24,248 bases of DNA from a virus (IMGVR_UViG_3300031848_000045:1-24248), one strand, 5' to 3'. Positions 8,062 to 16,124 are shown, numbered from the stretch's first letter. A program made the numbers and translations. Notes: generated by a model from the letters alone, not told the origin.

Positions 8062-8880
8062 TTAGTAAATAAACTCAGTTTCCTGCTCGCACTCTTCGTG
8101 ACACTTAGGGCAGTTCTCGTACTCTTCTAGCTTGAGTTCCTCAGCTTTCTCAGTCCAGCCTTCTGCTTGCATGTCTGCATTACAGCAATCGCTTGAGTAT
8201 CTGATCTCTGCGTTCTCGTCGGTTACTAATCCGTTAGAGGAGCGTATTCTCCCTGCGAATCCCATACCTTCTTCGCTATACTCCATTTCTACACATAGAT
8301 CTGGGTTTTGCTCTATAAGGGCTTCGATTACAGGTATTGGAGGGCTCCATGCTGTCTCGAATGTTAGGCACACCTCATCTTCGACTGCGTGATGTACATA
8401 CACAGAACAGGCGTTCCATTTAGTGCCCCAGTTGTTACAACACCAGTCGTACCATGTTCCAGCTCCGTAAGCCTTTACGTTCTCAAGGAATTGCAGTCCA
8501 TTCTCGAAGTCTACTTTACTAAGTTCGCCAAGACAATGATCTAGCATTGTTTGTCTACGAACGCTTAGTTCGTCTTCGGGGTTTACGTTTGCCTTCTCCG
8601 TCCAGGCATCCCAACCTAAGTATCTATCTATCTCAGTCCAATCGTCAAAGCTTTCTGCTTTTATACAAGCTACAGCTTCGTTTGTTTTGGATCCAGATGT
8701 TATACCTAATTCTTCAGGCATCTCTACGAAGTCGTTGAAGTCGAAGAGTCTAACCCCTTCTTTCTCAACGGTGTCTCCGTCCATATTTGATTCTAATTTG
8801 ATAGACAGTGCGTTATAAAACTTTGTCATATCTTCTTTTGTTCCTGAAATGTTCAGGGTATTGTAGCACCAGTTTGGCAT
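8062..8880 (-). CDS. YubB/DUF1281-type ferredoxin-like domain protein with Cys-rich C-terminus
   Basis: MPNWCxN, WYDW...NWGTKW, FETAWSPP, YxEEGxxFAG; terminal SDCC...CPKCHEEC. Confidence 0.85.
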   Translation of the reverse strand: MPNWCYNTLNISGTKEDMTKFYNALSIKLESNMDGDTVEKEGVRLFDFNDFVEMPEELGITSGSKTNEAVACIKAESFDDWTEIDRYLGWDAWTEKANVNPEDELSVRRQTMLDHCLGELSKVDFENGLQFLENVKAYGAGTWYDWCCNNWGTKWNACSVYVHHAVEDEVCLTFETAWSPPIPVIEALIEQNPDLCVEMEYSEEGMGFAGRIRSSNGLVTDENAEIRYSSDCCNADMQAEGWTEKAEELKLEEYENCPKCHEECEQETEFIY

Positions 8881-8885
8881 AATTT

Positions 8886-9113
8886 CTATTGTTTAGTTGG
8901 TTGGTTAGCCCATGAAGGGATACTGTCTCTGATTTCTTTCTTTTGTTCTTTAGTTAAGAGGCTGTATAGATACTCTATCTCATCTCTTGGACTATCACAT
9001 TCTTCTAGTACCCATAATGAGTACCATTCATCGAATTCCTTACCCATAAATTGCTGTATCATAATTTGGTTATTTAGTCGATTGATAATTGAAGGTTTAC
9101 TTTGATTTTCCAT
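8886..9113 (-). CDS. Hypothetical protein
   Basis: 75-aa ORF; start may be internal (M18). Confidence 0.6.
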   Translation of the reverse strand: MENQSKPSIINRLNNQIMIQQFMGKEFDEWYSLWVLEECDSPRDEIEYLYSLLTKEQKKEIRDSIPSWANQPTKQ

Positions 9114-9358
9114 TCCCAGTTAAGTTTTTTAGTAACAGGGTTTCTAACTTGCCTGTGAGCTTCAATGATGCTCTTCTTTTCCAGGCTGTTGGTTCTACCA
9201 GTTACCTGGTTGATTGGAATATCTAGATGAACTGATAATTGAGCGTTGGTTGCCGCTCCGTTTAGGTCTGCTAAAGCCAGAAGGACTACGCCCTCCATTC
9301 GATTTATCTCTCCGCTTTCCTTTAATTCCTTGTACGCTATTATACTTGTATCTCTCAT
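9074..9358 (-). CDS. Winged helix-turn-helix protein
   Basis: TSxxAY...ATNxQLSxxLxxPINQVTGRxNxLxKxxxI pattern. Confidence 0.75.
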   Translation of the reverse strand: MRDTSIIAYKELKESGEINRMEGVVLLALADLNGAATNAQLSVHLDIPINQVTGRTNSLEKKSIIEAHRQVRNPVTKKLNWEWKIKVNLQLSID

Positions 9359-9717
9359 TAGTTACAGATTGGTTGGTTACAATGTTCACATATAGGTACG
9401 ACTATCACCTTCTTAAGGTTTAGCCTTAGATTCTTTTCTATAGTACCCTTAGAGATGCTAAGCCTCTTGACGTGATTACATAAGTCTTCCATTGCTCTTA
9501 CTGAGTACAGCACGGATGAATGATCCTTATTTATCTCAAGACCTATAGTCTTTAAGGTTTCTTTAGTGTACTCTCTAGATAGCAGACAGAACATTTGTCT
9601 TGCCTCGCTTATATCTCTACGCCTACTTCTACCTTTTAATTCCTCTTTGCTTATCTTTAGTTCAAGGCGTATTGCTTTGAATATTATATCAAAGGGTGTT
9701 AGGATAATTTCTCCCAT
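9358..9717 (-). CDS. Stand-alone DnaA domain IV-like (Bac_DnaA_C) HTH protein
   Basis: ELKGRSRRRDISEARQMFCLLSREYT..TLKTIG...NKDHSSVLYSV; C-terminal CEHC. Confidence 0.8.
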   Translation of the reverse strand: MGEIILTPFDIIFKAIRLELKISKEELKGRSRRRDISEARQMFCLLSREYTKETLKTIGLEINKDHSSVLYSVRAMEDLCNHVKRLSISKGTIEKNLRLNLKKVIVVPICEHCNQPICN

Positions 9718-9873
9718 CTAGTTATCTTTTTGTAGTTGTATTAATTCCTCATCAATACTATCCCATATCCATTCAAGGTCTTTCCTTGTGGATTGATCAA
9801 TGTGATCCCATACCCTGTCTATGGCGATTGTATAGATTAGGTTTTGTTTTTCTAGTAATTCTTTCTTGGTCAT
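9718..9873 (-). CDS. Hypothetical protein, 51 aa (MTKKELLEK...)
   Basis: Start moved to ATG 9873; the longer track start lies inside an inverted repeat. Confidence 0.6.
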   Translation of the reverse strand: MTKKELLEKQNLIYTIAIDRVWDHIDQSTRKDLEWIWDSIDEELIQLQKDN

Positions 9874-9881
9874 GATATTTA

Positions 9882-9976
9882 ATGTTAAGTTAACATAGAG
9901 AAGACTACTATACATTATATTGGCGGTATGAATAAATTCACTAAACTAGTTTACGCACTTATAATGATAGTAGTCT
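9882..9976. repeat. Nested inverted repeats / palindrome cluster
   Basis: AGACTACTAT(A)CATTATA 9902-9919 pairs with TATAATGATAGTAGTCT 9960-9976; palindromes at 9882-9896 and 9942-9953. Confidence 0.8.
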
Positions 9977-9995
9977 ATGCTATTGGTGTAAGTAT

Positions 9996-10337
9996 TTAGC
10001 AGGCTGCCATTCCGAAGAAGTAGAAAGCTTTAATGCCTTTCTTTCCTTTATACCCTCTGCGTTCTTTCATTCGCTTGAGTACGGCTCCTGTTATTTCTAC
10101 GCATACACAATCACGCTTATCTAAGCTTGATAGTATTTTGTCTTCCCACTTATCGAACGCTGCCGTTCCATATCTTGGGTTTCCGTTTGCTATAGAAAAT
10201 CCATGGCAAGTACTTATTGTACCGTTGTATCCATCGTGCCCATCTTCGTACTCAGCTTCTTCTACTGCTGAATGAAATGCTTCTCCTGGACTTTTGAAAC
10301 GTCCTACTTCTAGTGCTGAAAAATCACATGCTCCCAT
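9996..10337 (-). CDS. Conserved-looking phage hypothetical protein
   Basis: MGA...AFxxAVEEAxYExGHDGYNGTIST...FxFFGxAA pattern. Confidence 0.8.
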   Translation of the reverse strand: MGACDFSALEVGRFKSPGEAFHSAVEEAEYEDGHDGYNGTISTCHGFSIANGNPRYGTAAFDKWEDKILSSLDKRDCVCVEITGAVLKRMKERRGYKGKKGIKAFYFFGMAAC

Positions 10338-10360
10338 AATTGTTTTGTTTTAATTGGTTG

Positions 10361-10531
10361 TTAATAGTTATTTAATTCTGATACTCGTACTACGTCTCCT
10401 AGGGTTTCTCTTCCGATCTCCGCTGCCTCTTTCTCAGAGTTAGCCTCTACGGGCTTCCACTCTTTGTAGTCGCATGGATCGTCTTCGTTTGAATATCTAG
10501 TTGGAATGAATGTTACTGCGTAAGTTTTCAT
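10361..10531 (-). CDS. Small protein, 56 aa (MKTYAVTF...VEANSEKEAAEIG...)
   Basis: Hand translation; fills the gap; VEAxSxxEA motif common in small phage proteins. Confidence 0.7.
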   Translation of the reverse strand: MKTYAVTFIPTRYSNEDDPCDYKEWKPVEANSEKEAAEIGRETLGDVVRVSELNNY

Positions 10532-10536
10532 ATCGG

Positions 10537-11016
10537 TTATTTAATGGTTATTGTATATGACTCTCCCATAGGTGAATCGTGATGACTCATTGTTGCGTAA
10601 TACACGCCTTCTTCGTCTTCGCTCCAGATCTTGAATGTTAGGTCTGATTCGATTGCGATAGCCTTGAAGATGTCTACACCCTCTTCGATTTCTATCTCTT
10701 TCTCTCCAGATCTATTTCTCCAGCCCATGTTCTTGCCTTCTATCTCGGCAACTCTTCCTTGATACTCTCCGAAGTAGTCGTTCATGTCTTCCTCGAAATG
10801 CTCGTAAGCATCTCCAGGTAGATTTTCATCCTGCCATACAATCTCTTCTATCAGGTCTTTATCAATATCTGCTATATTGAATTCCCCAACCCTCTTGTCG
10901 TGGTTATCTGACTTATAGTGTTCATATCTTTCTATGAATTCGTGCTTCTCATCCATATAAACATCTACCTCATAGTCGATGTACTGATTAATGTTGTACT
11001 CTGCAATTTTTTTCAT
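10537..11016 (-). CDS. Acidic hypothetical protein
   Basis: 159 aa with GWRNRSG and SHHDSPMGE motifs. Confidence 0.8.
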   Translation of the reverse strand: MKKIAEYNINQYIDYEVDVYMDEKHEFIERYEHYKSDNHDKRVGEFNIADIDKDLIEEIVWQDENLPGDAYEHFEEDMNDYFGEYQGRVAEIEGKNMGWRNRSGEKEIEIEEGVDIFKAIAIESDLTFKIWSEDEEGVYYATMSHHDSPMGESYTITIK

Positions 11017-11032
11017 GATTTGGTTGTTTTGG

Positions 11033-11215
11033 TTATAGTTTTTTGAATAATCCAGGCATTGCTTCTATTGCGGCATCATTGATCATTGAAACCACAACAC
11101 CTTCATTATTCGTGTGTGTGTACATTTTTGATTCTTCCTGAAAGATGTATATACTACCTTTTAGTATGTCTCCTTTTTCATGTTTCTGAGTTACTAATAG
11201 CTCTATTTTTTTCAT
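11033..11215 (-). CDS. Hypothetical protein
   Basis: 60-aa ORF in operon. Confidence 0.65.
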   Translation of the reverse strand: MKKIELLVTQKHEKGDILKGSIYIFQEESKMYTHTNNEGVVVSMINDAAIEAMPGLFKKL

Positions 11216-11223
11216 CTTATTGT

Positions 11224-11430
11224 TTAGATTTGTTTAGCTCTAGTTAATACATTGACGGGTTCTTTACCTCGTCCTATTAACAGCTTGTCTACTGCGATAG
11301 CCGCCTCTCGCTCTGTATCAAACTTATTCCTGCCTACACCTTTCATGTTTACGTACCAGCGCTGAGCGCTACTTGTTTTAATACTAGCAACATGTTTGTA
11401 CTCGCTAGGAGCGTAATTCATTTTGTTCAT
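11224..11430 (-). CDS. AP2-like DNA-binding domain protein
   Basis: YKHV...WxV...FDTEREAAIAVD pattern. Confidence 0.6.
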   Translation of the reverse strand: MNKMNYAPSEYKHVASIKTSSAQRWYVNMKGVGRNKFDTEREAAIAVDKLLIGRGKEPVNVLTRAKQI

Positions 11431-11442
11431 CTTAGTCTTGTT

Positions 11443-11535
11443 TTAGTTGTTTAAAAATAGTATCGCCAAATAAAACACCCCAGCTGCCAATATTGAAGCT
11501 ACGCACCATTCAAACAAGTTATTTTTCTTCTTCAT
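11443..11535 (-). CDS. 30-aa single-TM peptide (MKKKNNLFEWCVASILAAGVFYLAILFLNN)
   Basis: Hand translation; start and stop both lie within 21-bp repeats. Confidence 0.6.
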   Translation of the reverse strand: MKKKNNLFEWCVASILAAGVFYLAILFLNN

Positions 11536-11536
11536 C

Positions 11537-11734
11537 TTAGTCTTGTTTTAGTTCTTTGATTCTTTGATTCAATGCTTTTGCAATTTCCTCCACAATAAAA
11601 CCATCATACATACTGTCAATCATATCTATGACATTTTCTAGCTCCTCTACACCTCTTTGTTTAGCATACCTCTCAACTTGTGATTTAAGGTCGCTATCTG
11701 AAATGTCTAAAGTTATCGTTTGTGATTCATTCAT
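11537..11734 (-). CDS. Hypothetical protein ending ELKQD
   Basis: 65 aa; C-terminus encoded by the repeat. Confidence 0.75.
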   Translation of the reverse strand: MNESQTITLDISDSDLKSQVERYAKQRGVEELENVIDMIDSMYDGFIVEEIAKALNQRIKELKQD

Positions 11735-11735
11735 C

Positions 11736-11900
11736 TTAGTATTGTTTTAGTTCGTTAGGGATTTCCATCCATCTAATTACTTCACCTTTCAATGTAGTTT
11801 CCCACATATCTAACCATTCTGTGCCTGTGTAGTAGCACATCTTTATATAACCATTATCCATTCTACACACATAGCTTCCTTCTTTTTTTGGTTGTTCCAT
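11736..11900 (-). CDS. 54-aa DUF551-like protein (MEQPKKEGSYVCR...VIRWMEIPNELKQY)
   Basis: Hand translation; PxxxGxY...W.....VxxWMxIP pattern. Confidence 0.7.
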   Translation of the reverse strand: MEQPKKEGSYVCRMDNGYIKMCYYTGTEWLDMWETTLKGEVIRWMEIPNELKQY

Positions 11901-11944
11901 CTTAGTCTTGTTTTAGTTTATATTCCGTATTCCGATATGCGATA

Positions 11945-12110
11945 TTGTCTCTATTATCTCCTATATTTGAGACAAGAATTTATCTCTATCTTAGTGATAC
12001 CTAGTCCATGGAAGAGTGGTAATCCCGTACCACCCTTCGCTGACTTTTAAATCCCTATGATTTAAATTTGCCTACACCCAATCACTCAAGCAAGTTTAGG
12101 GTATAGGGCT
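11945..12110 (-). ncRNA. Structured non-coding region (multi-hairpin)
   Basis: Stems CCUAUACCC/GGGUGUAGG, UUUAAAUC/GAUUUAAA, GAAGGGUGGUA/UACCACUCUUC; no credible ORF. Confidence 0.5.
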
Positions 12111-12141
12111 TTGTTTTGCAGCGTTCAAGTAGCTTGCTCTC

Positions 12142-12291
12142 TTAGTTTCTAATTCTAGTGGGTACATAACCCATTATCATTTCGAATGCACTCCTGTATA
12201 CGTATCCAGATTCTTTAAGTGCTAACTTTTTCTTAGCCTTAATTTTCTTACGCATATCATTGTACGGTATATCGTCCGATGGTCTCTTCAT
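12142..12291 (-). CDS. Small basic protein, 49 aa (MKRPSDDIPYNDMRKK...)
   Basis: Hand translation; 2 nt after the upstream stop. Confidence 0.65.
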   Translation of the reverse strand: MKRPSDDIPYNDMRKKIKAKKKLALKESGYVYRSAFEMIMGYVPTRIRN

Positions 12292-12293
12292 AA

Positions 12294-12446
12294 TTAGTCT
12301 TGTAAGGTGTTATAGAATATTACTATCCAACCTGTGCCGTAGGCCATTCGGTACTCAGCTAGTAAGGTTCTAGCGTGAGATAGTGTTTCGGCAGAGTCTA
12401 TTTCGTTGAAGTCTCCGCTCTCGTAACTTGCTACTATCTTGTACAT
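12294..12446 (-). CDS. Small protein, 50 aa (MYKIVASYE...LLAEYRMAYGTGW...LQD)
   Basis: Hand translation; leader AACAACCAATAT-ATG. Confidence 0.75.
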   Translation of the reverse strand: MYKIVASYESGDFNEIDSAETLSHARTLLAEYRMAYGTGWIVIFYNTLQD

Positions 12447-12460
12447 ATATTGGTTGTTAT

Positions 12461-12482
12461 AGGGAGAACCGAAGTCCTCCCT
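12461..12482 (-). promoter_or_regulatory. Stable UUCG hairpin without U-tract
   Basis: AGGGAGGAC-UUCG-GUUCUCCCU just downstream of the DUF932 gene; probable mRNA 3' stabiliser. Confidence 0.6.
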
Positions 12483-12489
12483 GTTAGTA

Positions 12490-13416
12490 TTATAGTGTTG
12501 CTACAAATGCGTCTATCTTAGCGAATGCTTTGTTAGACATCTTTGCGCCACCACCTATCATAAGTGATTCGTCTCTACCGAACGCTCGGTTAGGTACTGA
12601 TTTCTTGTGGTTTACGAAGTGTGTTACTCCGTTGAATAATCCCCACATGGTCTGTCCGTGAACTCCCATCTCCGTTACAATAGATGACTGAAGATCCATT
12701 GCTGCGTTGATTTTTCTAGAAGAGTAGTGTTCTGCATACTCACTATGACTCATAGCTCTGTCAATACCTGAAAGGTCTTTCCACATATTATCCTTAAAGT
12801 CCATTAGTTTTCTGTCAGTGAATATCTCGATGTTACTCCATTCTTCGAATTTCGTATACATCTCCTCTTCTGCTGCCTGATTGGCTGCAATACTTTGAGG
12901 TATGTTGCGTAACTGCTCTTCGATGGTACTGTTGTGACGCATTTTAAATTGAGCTTGGTTGTGGAATTGGTAGAACTGATTAGCACAGCTTACCACTTTG
13001 TTGCCAAAGCCTATTCTTACACCATGCTTTCCGTCATGCCCCCAGGTTGCTATTACAAACTTCACTAAGGTGTCGTCTGCAATTTTAACCTCGTCGTTTA
13101 ACCTAAGCTGGATGAAGCATTGCTTACCTCCGTTGATAGGTCCTGAATGACTGACTGTATAGTTGTTTTCTGTCGCAACTTCCTCTATCGTTTTGATGAT
13201 AGACTCGTTTTGAGTTACGTGGTACGATGAACCTACCACTCCGAGCGACTCTTCTGTTGAGTCGTTTACCGTTGCGAACCAGGGTGTTTCAACAAACTCT
13301 GAGTGTGTTGCTATTTGCCCTTCTTCGTTTACACTAACTCTTTCGTCAGCTCTGTATAACTCTCTTTTTGATACGGTGAAGTCTAATCCGATTGCAATTA
13401 AATCTTGGTTTTTCAT
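12490..13416 (-). CDS. DUF932/DUF945 family protein (LGT_TIGR03299-like)
   Basis: LGVVGxxYxxxQN, HDG, VSCANQF, RH, GxTxWGLFNGVTxF motifs. Confidence 0.88.
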   Translation of the reverse strand: MKNQDLIAIGLDFTVSKRELYRADERVSVNEEGQIATHSEFVETPWFATVNDSTEESLGVVGSSYHVTQNESIIKTIEEVATENNYTVSHSGPINGGKQCFIQLRLNDEVKIADDTLVKFVIATWGHDGKHGVRIGFGNKVVSCANQFYQFHNQAQFKMRHNSTIEEQLRNIPQSIAANQAAEEEMYTKFEEWSNIEIFTDRKLMDFKDNMWKDLSGIDRAMSHSEYAEHYSSRKINAAMDLQSSIVTEMGVHGQTMWGLFNGVTHFVNHKKSVPNRAFGRDESLMIGGGAKMSNKAFAKIDAFVATL

Positions 13417-13470
13417 AATCGTGTTGTTTATTTAGTTGATTTGGTTACTTGTTTTGGATGATTGTTAATA

Positions 13471-13929
13471 CTACCAGGAAGCCTGGTACATATAGCTAGG
13501 ATATTCATCTTTATTATCCTTAAGTTCTTCTCTTATTACTCTCGCAGTTTCTTCTATGTCTCCGTAGTAATACTCGTCATGAGCCGTTGATCCAAAGAAA
13601 AAGCCAGACGATGCAGGTAGCAAGTCAGGATTCTTTTCTTTGACAACTTTCTCGCATAAACTTGCAAGGTCTTCTAGGTCGTCTAAGCTTACGTCAGATT
13701 CTTGACACGCATCTACTCCGTCTTGACATTTATTCACAAACCATTGGTGGATTGCGTTTGACTTACGCCAATACATAATCTGCTCTACTACATGCGTTAT
13801 CCTTTCGGATTTGATGTGAGGTTGTGGTTCGTTGTTTTTAGTTACAACAACTAAATGTCTTTGACTAGGTTCGTGGTGACTCCAGTTCTGAACATAAGTT
13901 CTTTTACTTAAATACATGTCTAATCCCAT
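13471..13929 (-). CDS. Conserved phage protein (MGLDMYL...YWRKxNAIHxWF...YQASW family)
   Basis: Recognisable motif set; function unknown. Confidence 0.85.
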   Translation of the reverse strand: MGLDMYLSKRTYVQNWSHHEPSQRHLVVVTKNNEPQPHIKSERITHVVEQIMYWRKSNAIHQWFVNKCQDGVDACQESDVSLDDLEDLASLCEKVVKEKNPDLLPASSGFFFGSTAHDEYYYGDIEETARVIREELKDNKDEYPSYMYQASW

Positions 13930-13947
13930 AATAGTTGGTTTGGTTGG

Positions 13948-14232
13948 TTATATCTCATAATTTGTACGGCCATGAGACGAAAGCCGTTCTATATCTCCGA
14001 CAAGCTCCAGCTTAGCTGAATACTTACCAGAGAATTCTGTTATAAGGTTGTCATAAGCATACTTATTTATCTCACGATCCTTTAAGTCGTTAAGGCAATT
14101 ACCTTTAAGTAATCCTTGAACGGCATAGTCCGTGTGTAAATGTGATAGCTTAGTTCCTTTTGATTTATTGTGGTAAACCTCTTTCCACACTCTGACTTTG
14201 TATCTACATAGCCAGATCTTCTTCTTCTCCAA
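13948..14232 (-). CDS. Hypothetical protein
   Basis: 94 aa, TTG start 2 nt after the upstream stop. Confidence 0.65.
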   Translation of the reverse strand: MEKKKIWLCRYKVRVWKEVYHNKSKGTKLSHLHTDYAVQGLLKGNCLNDLKDREINKYAYDNLITEFSGKYSAKLELVGDIERLSSHGRTNYEI

Positions 14233-14234
14233 GG

Positions 14235-14477
14235 TTAAAACCTTTTAGGAATAGCGTGGGTTTTGATTTCTGAGGTCTCACCGCTTACTCCGAATTTCGG
14301 AGCGAGCTTACCATACACTAGAATAAAGTTATTAACATTTATATTACCCTGATTATCAGTTGTTTGAATTATCTCTCCAGAGTTTCTGTTGACGAGATAA
14401 CCGATAGGTTTATTGGGTATTTCTGTTAACACTTTTAGTGTTTTGTTTTTCTCTTTAACCTGTTGATTCTTCTTCAT
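14235..14477 (-). CDS. Hypothetical protein
   Basis: 80-aa ORF in operon. Confidence 0.65.
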   Translation of the reverse strand: MKKNQQVKEKNKTLKVLTEIPNKPIGYLVNRNSGEIIQTTDNQGNINVNNFILVYGKLAPKFGVSGETSEIKTHAIPKRF

Positions 14478-14637
14478 GCGTTAGAATTTGTTTGTACTGA
14501 TCAGGTGTTATGTTTACTTGAACGTAATCCATACTTCCTGGCTCTCTTGTGCAAACGTTAAACATTTCGTCTAAATGGCTCTTATAATAGTGCCAATCTA
14601 CGACATATCTGTTCTTAATCCAAATGGTTACTGTCAT
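14455..14637 (-). CDS. Hypothetical protein
   Basis: 60 aa with A/C-rich leader. Confidence 0.65.
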   Translation of the reverse strand: MTVTIWIKNRYVVDWHYYKSHLDEMFNVCTREPGSMDYVQVNITPDQYKQILTHEEESTG

Positions 14638-14659
14638 TTTTGATGGGTTTTAGTGGTTA

Positions 14660-14893
14660 CTACTCGAAGATTGTACCTATAGCTGCGCCTATAATAGTAC
14701 CTAAAGTTCCGACTATGACAGCCGTAGTCTTGACAGACTTTCTGCCTATGTCTAGTGCGTTGTTTATAGCACTCTCTACGGAGTGACTATTTTTATCTAC
14801 TGCTTTCCAGTAGTCTTTTGCGAACATAAAGTTGCGCAAGTTTTTTAGGTCTCCCGTGTTATGGTTGACTAGGTTTTTGATTGATTTTTTCAT
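14660..14893 (-). CDS. Protein with C-terminal glycine-rich TM helix, 77 aa
   Basis: Start moved to ATG 14893 (MKKSIK) to remove overlap; tail VIVGTLGTIIGAAIGTIF. Confidence 0.7.
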   Translation of the reverse strand: MKKSIKNLVNHNTGDLKNLRNFMFAKDYWKAVDKNSHSVESAINNALDIGRKSVKTTAVIVGTLGTIIGAAIGTIFE

Positions 14894-14904
14894 GTTGTTT
14901 TCTT

Positions 14905-15162
14905 TTATGCTTCTAGGGTTAGTGTTATTTCTACATGAACTCCGTCTTCTACAGTTGATGCACTCATCCACTTGGATTCGTTGTCGTAGGTTACTTTTTC
15001 TCCTTTGCTTTTTAGGTATTTATCTACAATACTTAAAGTCTTATCGTTTATATGACCTTGAAGTCTTATTTCTCCATCCCAGCAAGTTATACAGTAGAAT
15101 AATCCGTGACTTGTTAAGTCTCTCATTGCTTCGTTTTCTTGGGCTACTTTAAATCCTTTCAT
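14905..15162 (-). CDS. Hypothetical protein
   Basis: 85-aa ORF in operon. Confidence 0.75.
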   Translation of the reverse strand: MKGFKVAQENEAMRDLTSHGLFYCITCWDGEIRLQGHINDKTLSIVDKYLKSKGEKVTYDNESKWMSASTVEDGVHVEITLTLEA

Positions 15163-15165
15163 GAT

Positions 15166-15330
15166 TTATTTATTTAAGTTGTTTGTATATTCTACACATA
15201 ACCGAGTGTGTTCTTGACATAAGTCTTCGTCTGTATCGTCATTGCTTGCGCTATTCCATACGTCTTGCCATATCTTGTCGTAAACTTCTTCTGGTAATGG
15301 TTGTAGGTTTAATGTTTCTTTATAGCTCAT
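15166..15330 (-). CDS. Small acidic protein, 54 aa (MSYKETLNLQPLPEEVYDKIWQDVW...)
   Basis: Hand translation; fills the gap. Confidence 0.65.
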   Translation of the reverse strand: MSYKETLNLQPLPEEVYDKIWQDVWNSASNDDTDEDLCQEHTRLCVEYTNNLNK

Positions 15331-15502
15331 TGATTCTATCTTTTAAGAGTTTAATAGTTACCAACAAATCGTTGTCTTCGATCTCTACATTCTCACCTGA
15401 TAGGTCGATGTAGGTTGCAGTTAGATCCCTAGCAAGGCGTTGTATTACTACAACACGCTGCATAAGATCTTTCCTGTCTTTCTTTGAAAGGATTGTTTCC
15501 AT
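15320..15502 (-). CDS. Hypothetical helical protein
   Basis: 60-aa ORF. Confidence 0.7.
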   Translation of the reverse strand: METILSKKDRKDLMQRVVVIQRLARDLTATYIDLSGENVEIEDNDLLVTIKLLKDRINEL

Positions 15503-15511
15503 TGTTTTAGT

Positions 15512-15745
15512 TTATCCGAATAGCTCTTTCCATCCTTCAGGAGATATTCCTGAGATGAGAAATTCTCTATCTTCGTTGTTTAAATTTGGCAGACACTCTT
15601 GTATGGTGGCAGATCTTGATCTCCATTTATAGTATCCTGCTGAATTAAACGAAGAGGTTGTATACTCCTCGTTCGTTCCTTTGCACATGCCTACGGCTAC
15701 TGAATCATATTCACCTGAAGGTAATATTTCGTGTGTGTTTATCAT
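15512..15745 (-). CDS. Conserved-looking phage protein, 77 aa
   Basis: IQxxxPxLxxxDREFLISGIxPxxWxxLF motif; start moved to ATG 15745 (ATGA overlap). Confidence 0.8.
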   Translation of the reverse strand: MINTHEILPSGEYDSVAVGMCKGTNEEYTTSSFNSAGYYKWRSRSATIQECLPNLNNEDREFLISGISPEGWKELFG

Positions 15746-15885
15746 GATTTGTCTTCTTTTTTTAGTCTTGACTCTGCGCAAGTTTCGCAGATACCCCAGT
15801 CGTGATCTGCTTCGTGCAGCTCATCTTCGGGTACCATTCTTCCGCACCTTGTGCAGTTAACGTCTTTTATTTCTTCTGGATTCAT
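15742..15885 (-). CDS. 47-aa zinc-ribbon protein (CTRC...CETC)
   Basis: Hand translation MNPEEIKDVNCTRCGRMVPEDELHEADHDWGICETCAESRLKKEDKS; ATGA overlaps at both ends. Confidence 0.8.
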   Translation of the reverse strand: MNPEEIKDVNCTRCGRMVPEDELHEADHDWGICETCAESRLKKEDKS

Positions 15886-16121
15886 AGTTTTGAATTTAAT
15901 GAATGTATAATGTTTTCAAGTTCGTTTTGCTCGTCGCTTCCGATTCGATCTGACCAGTTGATCATATCTTTTAATCTATCGGATGTTTGTTTTATAGCTT
16001 CAACTAGAATTTTGTTATTTCCAAAGAAAGCATTGATTATTATATCTTGCTGTGCAACCTTTGCCATTAATGCTTCGTTTGCTACCGTTAGGTATTCTTT
16101 TTGTTCTTCTTCGTGTGACAT
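15882..16121 (-). CDS. Hypothetical coiled-coil protein
   Basis: 79-aa ORF. Confidence 0.7.
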   Translation of the reverse strand: MSHEEEQKEYLTVANEALMAKVAQQDIIINAFFGNNKILVEAIKQTSDRLKDMINWSDRIGSDEQNELENIIHSLNSKL

Positions 16122-16124
16122 AGT

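Larger units (their letters stand above)
11428..11918 (-). repeat. Four 21-bp direct repeats AACTAAAACAAGACTAAGATG at gene junctions
   Basis: Copies at 11428-11448, 11533-11553, 11732-11752 (one mismatch) and 11898-11918; each ends in the ATG of the next gene. Confidence 0.92.

Noticed and set aside
11428-11918. CRISPR array
   Set aside because: Intervals are 84, 178 and 145 nt and contain whole ORFs; the repeat is not palindromic; no cas genes in the window.
15856-15868. Further pseudoknot copy (AAAAGACGTTAAC)
   Set aside because: Lies in the zinc-ribbon ORF (KDVN) and lacks the upstream GTCTT partner.
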